Source of the DNA: Cyanophyceae cyanobacterium | GTDB lineage: Bacteria; Cyanobacteriota; Cyanobacteriia; Cyanobacteriales; Laspinemataceae | Assembly (NCBI GenBank): GCA_038321985.1 | Contig: JBBQFN010000004.1 | Span: 32,001-96,000 of the forward strand | Direction of reading: 5' to 3' | Length of the DNA stretch: 64,000 nucleotides | In this document: one piece after another, positions 58,996 to 64,000 of the stretch | How the letters are laid out: each line of letters opens with the position of its first letter | How positions within the stretch are numbered: position 1 is the stretch's first letter | Position numbers and translations under genes: made by a program | Notes under the pieces: generated by a model | The model's database searches: none | What the model saw: only the letters and a program-made list of their open reading frames with translations | What the model was told of the DNA's origin: nothing

Positions 58996-59751
58996 TTAGT
59001 CGTGATGTTCTTCGCCGTGGCCTTCCATCGCTTCACCGATGTAGACCGCCGCTAAGGTGGCGAAAATCAGGGCTTGAATCGCACTGGTGAATAGTCCCAA
59101 AATCATCACCGGAAGGGGGATAAATAGGGGTACCAACAACACGAAAACCCCCACCACTAACTCATCTGCCAAGATGTTTCCAAATAGACGGAAACTCAGG
59201 GAGAGAGGCTTGGTAAAATCTTCCAGAATGTTGATTGGCAAAAGGATCGGCGTGGGCTGAATGTATTTAGCAAAATACCCCAAACCGCGCTTGCGGAATC
59301 CGGCATAGAAATAAGCCAAAGATGTCAGCAAGGACAGTGCTACAGTGGTGTTGATATCACTCGTCGGAGCAGCTAATTCGCCGCCTGGAATGTGAATCAG
59401 CTTCCAAGGCACCAACGCGCCAGACCAGTTGCTCACAAAGATGAACAGAAATAATGTGCCAACAAAGGGCACCCAAGGCCGATATTCTTTCTCTCCGATT
59501 TGGCCTTTGGCTAAGTCTCTAATAAACTCCAGGGCATATTCCATAAAGTTTTGAATGCCACCCGGGATCCGTTGGATGTTCCGAGTAGCTGCCAAGGAGG
59601 TGACAACTAGCAATCCCATCACAAACCAGGAAGTTAAGACAACCTGACCATGAAGTTTGAGACCGCCAACTTGCCAATAGAAGTGCTTGCCTACTTCCAA
59701 TTCGGCGATCGGGAGCGAATTAAAGGCGTTTAAAACCTCTAGCATATCCAT
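58996..59751 (-). CDS. atpB: ATP synthase F0 subunit a
   Basis: [28 protein letters not shown]. Confidence 0.98.
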   Translation of the reverse strand: MDMLEVLNAFNSLPIAELEVGKHFYWQVGGLKLHGQVVLTSWFVMGLLVVTSLAATRNIQRIPGGIQNFMEYALEFIRDLAKGQIGEKEYRPWVPFVGTLFLFIFVSNWSGALVPWKLIHIPGGELAAPTSDINTTVALSLLTSLAYFYAGFRKRGLGYFAKYIQPTPILLPINILEDFTKPLSLSFRLFGNILADELVVGVFVLLVPLFIPLPVMILGLFTSAIQALIFATLAAVYIGEAMEGHGEEHHD

Positions 59752-59797
59752 TAAGCGGGGTTCCAGAGGGACTGGATGGTTTGCAAAATGCCTTGTC

Positions 59798-60241
59798 CTA
59801 TTTGGAGTCCGGCAAAAGGGTCGTTTGAAGGATGTAGACGAGGAGCGCGGCTTTATATGTCAGGAAACCCAGAAATATGGGCAGGAGCTGTAGCTGATCC
59901 CACTGAGTTGCTACTATAATCAACCCAATAAACATCGCCAGTCTGCCTTTACTCAGACTTTGCTTCTGATTGCCTAGACGCTCAACATCTCTTGCCAACA
60001 TTCTCAAGTAAACCACACCCGTGCACGCCCCGATCAAATAATTCAGGGCAATATTGAGCGAATAATAGAACCAAACCGAGACAAACACGACGACTGTAAT
60101 CACAAGGGTCGAGACCATCAACTTTTGTTTAAGCTGATGGTACTCATCCATCGAGGAATTTTCCTCGGGTGCGCGAGTCTCGGTGGGGTCGAGTTCTCGC
60201 TCTTGGGAAGTGGGTTCTTCAGAAGGGTCTGACAAGTTCAC
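59798..60241 (-). CDS. atpI: ATP synthase protein I (Atp1)
   Basis: [33 protein letters not shown]; first gene of the atp operon; GTG start. Confidence 0.9.
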   Translation of the reverse strand: MNLSDPSEEPTSQERELDPTETRAPEENSSMDEYHQLKQKLMVSTLVITVVVFVSVWFYYSLNIALNYLIGACTGVVYLRMLARDVERLGNQKQSLSKGRLAMFIGLIIVATQWDQLQLLPIFLGFLTYKAALLVYILQTTLLPDSK

Positions 60242-60399
60242 TCTTAGTTAACTTAAGCCCAGATCGTTACACCTGGACGCTAACAGGCCAAAATGAATAA
60301 TATCACGCGCCGGTAACATAACTTAAAAAATAATAAATTAATCTTGCCCGGGAATTTTCCTGGATCCAGGTTGGGGCGGATGAGGGATTTGCCTCACAT

Positions 60400-60660
60400 T
60401 TAAGAGCACTTCCGGTCCCCTCCCCTTGGCAAGGGGAGGGTTAGGGTGGGGTCCTCTTCGCGTGGCGATCGCACCTCCAGAGGAATAATTGGGTGGAGAA
60501 TTCTCCTACAGGCGAGATCGCTCGTGACGAAGAAAGAGGTTGGCATCCGGCTCCATGCAGAGGCTTAAACCGTTAAGAGGGCGTGACGTGGCGATCTCCA
60601 CCTCAGAACCCCACCCTAACCCTCCCCTTGCCAAGGGGAGGGGACCGGAGGTGCAGTTAA
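60400..60660. mobile_element. REPIN/MITE-like element with ~55-bp imperfect terminal inverted repeats
   Basis: ttaagagcacttccggtcccctccccttggcaaggggagggttagggtggggt ... accccaccctaaccctccccttgccaaggggaggggaccggaggtgcagttaa; the same unit occurs solo at ~46278-46318. Confidence 0.8.
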
Positions 60661-60684
60661 GGGTAAAAAATCGACTCTTGTAAG

Positions 60685-60720
60685 TCTCCCCATCTCCCCC
60701 ATCCTCCTCATCTCCCCCAT
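60685..60720. repeat. Short tandem 9-mer repeat
   Basis: ctcccccat ctcccccat cctcctcat ctcccccat. Confidence 0.6.
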
Positions 60721-60722
60721 GC

Positions 60723-61802
60723 TCACCCCACTCCCTTTAAAGCAAAAACGCGCAGACGTTCTTCTATGGGGGTGACTTGCACTCGGGTTCCGACTGCTAA
60801 CAGAGACTCCCCGCTACTGCGTGCATGAAATTCTCGTCCCGAGGGGGTCATCAAACAATATCGGTGTTCTCGTCCTAAGAACTGCCGATCGCGAATCACC
60901 ACTTCTCCCGTTTCATCCGGTTTCAGAATTAAATCTTCCTCTCGAATCATAATCTCGGCTTCTTCGGAAGTCTCTATCGGTTCGGGATTCCCCAGTTCAG
61001 GGACTGTTACCGCAAAAGACCCCACCTCGGTTTCCCAGAGTTTGCCCATGCGTCGCGCGGGCAGAAAATTCGCCTGGGTGACAAATCCAGCGACAAATCG
61101 CGAGGCGGGTTCTTCATAAATCTGTTCGGGGGTCCCGAATTGTTCAATCCTTCCCTTTTTCATCACCGCAATGCGATCGCTAATTGCTAAGGCTTCCTCT
61201 TGATCATGGGTGACAAAAATCGCCGTCGTATTTGTACTCTTGAGAATCTTCCGAATTTCTTCTCTTAAATACAGCCGCACTTGTACGTCTAAATTGCTCA
61301 ACGGTTCATCCAGTAAGACGATCGCTGGTGCCGGTGCGATCGCCCGCGCTAACGCAACTCGCTGCCGTTGACCCCCAGACAGTTGATGGGGATAGCGCTT
61401 TTCTAGTCCCTGCAACCCTACCAAGGAGACTGCCTCAGTCACTTTATGCTGGATCCGTTGTTTCTTTTGATTTTTCAACCCAAATGCTACATTTTCCGCG
61501 ACAGTCAAATGAGGAAACAATGCATATTCTTGAAACACCATCCCTAATTGCCGATGTTCTGGGGGAATCCAGACCCCACCCCCGGCAACCTGTCTTCCCC
61601 CAATTTCAATTTTCCCCATATCCGGCTTTTCAAATCCCGCCAATAACCGTAATAGGGTCGTTTTGCCACAACCGGAGGGACCCAGCAAGGTTAGAATCTC
61701 GCCCTTCTGTAAATTCAAGGACACTCGATCAACCGCAGGATACCCACTGGCATCAAATGTTTTAGTAACGGTTTCTAATCTTAAAATTTCGGGTTCATTC
61801 AT
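60723..61802 (-). CDS. futC: Fe(III) ABC transporter ATP-binding protein
   Basis: GPSGCGKTT, LSGGQRQR, LLDEPLSNLD, C-terminal TOBE; follows the iron permease. Confidence 0.88.
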   Translation of the reverse strand: MNEPEILRLETVTKTFDASGYPAVDRVSLNLQKGEILTLLGPSGCGKTTLLRLLAGFEKPDMGKIEIGGRQVAGGGVWIPPEHRQLGMVFQEYALFPHLTVAENVAFGLKNQKKQRIQHKVTEAVSLVGLQGLEKRYPHQLSGGQRQRVALARAIAPAPAIVLLDEPLSNLDVQVRLYLREEIRKILKSTNTTAIFVTHDQEEALAISDRIAVMKKGRIEQFGTPEQIYEEPASRFVAGFVTQANFLPARRMGKLWETEVGSFAVTVPELGNPEPIETSEEAEIMIREEDLILKPDETGEVVIRDRQFLGREHRYCLMTPSGREFHARSSGESLLAVGTRVQVTPIEERLRVFALKGVG

Positions 61803-61810
61803 TATCTTTA

Positions 61811-61832
61811 TAATCGAAGTTAATTTCTATTA
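61811..61832. promoter_or_regulatory. Candidate Fur-type palindrome upstream of futC
   Basis: taatcgaagttaatttctatta, 18/22 palindromic and AT-rich, 9 nt upstream of the start codon. Confidence 0.45.
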
Positions 61833-61997
61833 TTTATGGTCCTAATCAGCCTAACAATTTTATTACAACTTAAGCTCTTATAAAATTTTTAATTCTAATA
61901 CTCAAAAATTAATCTATTTTAATTTAAGATAAATTATAAATCTTTCTATTTTTTAAATGCTGAGATTCATCCTCTTTAAAATTATCATACTTTTTCC

Positions 61998-63656
61998 TTA
62001 ATTCTTGGATGGAGTTCGCCATAATAAAACTAAAGTAGAACCAGCAGATACGACCAACAGGGTGAGAGAAGCCGCAGCGGCATCAGTAAACTGCACATCC
62101 TCTGTCGCTTGCCAAATCTGGGTCGCCAGAGTTTTAAATCCAATAGGAGAAAGCAACATTGTCGCGGGAAGTTCTTTGATGGCCGTCAAAAACACCAGGA
62201 CAGCACCGCCTAAAACGCCTGGACTGACTAAAGGTAAGGTAATTTCTCGCAGGGTTTGCCAGGGAGTGCGCCCCAAAGTGCGAGCCGATTCTTCTAATTG
62301 CGGGTTGACTTGCAGGAGAGAACTCCGAATCGTGCCGACAGATTGGGGTAAAAATAACACTAAATAGGCAAACACTAACATCGGCAGGGTTTGATATAAA
62401 AAGGGAACGTAGTTGGCACCGATAAAGACTAAAGAGAGGGCGACTACAATTCCAGGCAAGCCAAAACCAATGTAGGTTAAGCGTTCGATCGCCGTGGTGA
62501 GAGGTCCGGGAAAGCGCACGGAAAGAATGGCGACGGGGAGGGCAAATAGGGTCGCAATGATTGCAGAAAGACCGGATCCGAGAATTGAATTAAAGGCGGT
62601 TGTGAGGACGTCTGGGGGGATTTTACCCGCGTTGAGTCCACGCCATAACCAGAATACAGTCACGGCAAGGGGTAAGACTAACCCCAAGGCGGTGATGATG
62701 CTGCAAAAGGCGATCGCCGGCCATTTCCATCTTCCCAAGGCGATCCGGGTGGGGGGGCGACTGCTTCCCGAACTGCTACTGTAATACGCGCCACGGGTTC
62801 GCACTCTGTATTCGGTTGCCAGAATTACCAATAACAGGGCGACTAATACTAACGCTAGCACTGCCGCTGAGTTACGGTTAAAACTACTCTTATACTGGAT
62901 AAAAATTACCCGGGTAAAGGAGTCGAACCGCATCAAACTGGGAGTGCCAAAATCACGCAAGGAATAGAGGGCGACTAATAACCCCCCAGCGACTAAGGAC
63001 GGGCGTAACTGGGGTAGGGTAACTTCCCAGAAGGTAGACCAACTATTGTTTCCCAGGATACGTGAGGCTTCTTCGATCGCCGGATCAATGCCTTGCAAGC
63101 CCGATCGCAGGGCAATCAACAAATATGGATAGGTAAACAGAGTTAGGGCTAGGATAGCACCGGGCCACCCATAAATTGAGGGTAATTCTTTGACTCCAAA
63201 GGGTTCCAGCAAGAGTTGCACCCAACTGCCTCGGGTTCCAAAGGTTGCAATCAGGGCGAAGCTACCCACATAGCTAGGAACCGCCAGAGGAAGGGTGGTA
63301 ACGACTGACCAAAACCGCCGCCCGGGTAAATGGGTGCGTTCAGTCAAAAAGGCTAAGGGCAAGGAAATTAAGGCCGAAAACAGGGTCACTGCTGCCGCTA
63401 AACCTGTACTTCGGGCCAGTACCTCTAGGGTGCGCGGACGCGAGAGCAAGGTCCCGACTTCCTCAAAACCGGCACCTGCCGCGCGGATGATTAGATAAAG
63501 TAAGGGAAGGGAGATCGCCACGGCAGTCAGAGTTCCGGCTGCTGCCAAAAAGGCCGGAGGACGAGACCCTTTGACTGAGGGTCGATAACTTCCCAACACT
63601 TTCTCTAGCTGCTTGCCAATTGAGGCGATCGCCCTTCCGGGTTCTGTGAATTTCAT
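61998..63656 (-). CDS. futB: Fe(III) ABC transporter permease
   Basis: Two EAA motifs (EEASRILG, EESARTLG), LPLAVPSYV, KELPATMLL. Confidence 0.92.
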   Translation of the reverse strand: MKFTEPGRAIASIGKQLEKVLGSYRPSVKGSRPPAFLAAAGTLTAVAISLPLLYLIIRAAGAGFEEVGTLLSRPRTLEVLARSTGLAAAVTLFSALISLPLAFLTERTHLPGRRFWSVVTTLPLAVPSYVGSFALIATFGTRGSWVQLLLEPFGVKELPSIYGWPGAILALTLFTYPYLLIALRSGLQGIDPAIEEASRILGNNSWSTFWEVTLPQLRPSLVAGGLLVALYSLRDFGTPSLMRFDSFTRVIFIQYKSSFNRNSAAVLALVLVALLLVILATEYRVRTRGAYYSSSSGSSRPPTRIALGRWKWPAIAFCSIITALGLVLPLAVTVFWLWRGLNAGKIPPDVLTTAFNSILGSGLSAIIATLFALPVAILSVRFPGPLTTAIERLTYIGFGLPGIVVALSLVFIGANYVPFLYQTLPMLVFAYLVLFLPQSVGTIRSSLLQVNPQLEESARTLGRTPWQTLREITLPLVSPGVLGGAVLVFLTAIKELPATMLLSPIGFKTLATQIWQATEDVQFTDAAAASLTLLVVSAGSTLVLLWRTPSKN

Positions 63657-63929
63657 CCTTGACTAGATACCTTTCGCACCCTAGATTGCATCTTACTTTT
63701 TATGATCTATCCTGGCTTGAGTCTCTACAATGTTACAAAAGAGGAAAGCGATCACGGCGATCGCTAACTTTTTCCCCGGGTTGAGTGAGGGAAAGTTCCT
63801 CATGTTGCGCTAGGTTCTGGCAACAGTTGGTGACAGAACCTAGGAAAAGTCACTCGCCAATCAGGTGACATTATTTATTTCTAAAGGGCGATCGCCGCAC
63901 TATTTCCCTAGCAGTTTTTCAGGCAATCC

Positions 63930-64000
63930 CTATAAAATTCCAGTTTCCTCTAGGAGTTTTAGCGTTCCTTCTAAATCATCGAGGTTACTCAGATCCATTT
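63930..64000 (-). CDS. futA: C-terminus of an Fe(III) ABC transporter substrate-binding protein (partial)
   Basis: Minus frame ...MDLSNLDDLEGTLKLLEETGIL*, a typical iron-binding-protein C-terminus, upstream of futB. Confidence 0.75.
   Translation of the reverse strand, partial: MDLSNLDDLEGTLKLLEETGIL

Overview
Cyanobacterial chromosomal window. The evidence is very frequent HIP1 GCGATCGC, the apcE/apcABC phycobilisome genes and a cyanobacterial-type atp operon. The REP-like repeats suggest a filamentous Oscillatoriales strain (inference). The housekeeping backbone comprises uvrC, a clpC paralogue, clpB, queF, ccdA-ccsB, ftsW, apcE, apcABC, atp1-a-c-b'-b-delta-alpha-gamma and futA(3' end)-futB-futC. 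Accessory material interrupts it at several points. (i) The 3' part of a large, divergent SF2 helicase lies at the left edge. (ii) An NspV-like restriction endonuclease is paired with a C5-cytosine methyltransferase; by eye I found no TTCGAA in the window. (iii) A ~3 kb toxin-antitoxin patch separates apcE from apcA and holds an overlapping candidate RNase-toxin/immunity pair, MNT plus a HepT pseudogene, a truncated DUF433 gene and a GH38 fragment. (iv) A candidate defence island downstream of the atp operon carries a NACHT-HEAT STAND protein and an ABC/AAA ATPase + PD-(D/E)XK nuclease pair. There are six Uma2 genes, several REP/REPIN-like palindrome families, and an SDR5-like in-frame insertion into a HIP1 site. 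No rRNA, tRNA, CRISPR array or transposase was recognised. All family calls come from motif recognition by eye, not from searches.
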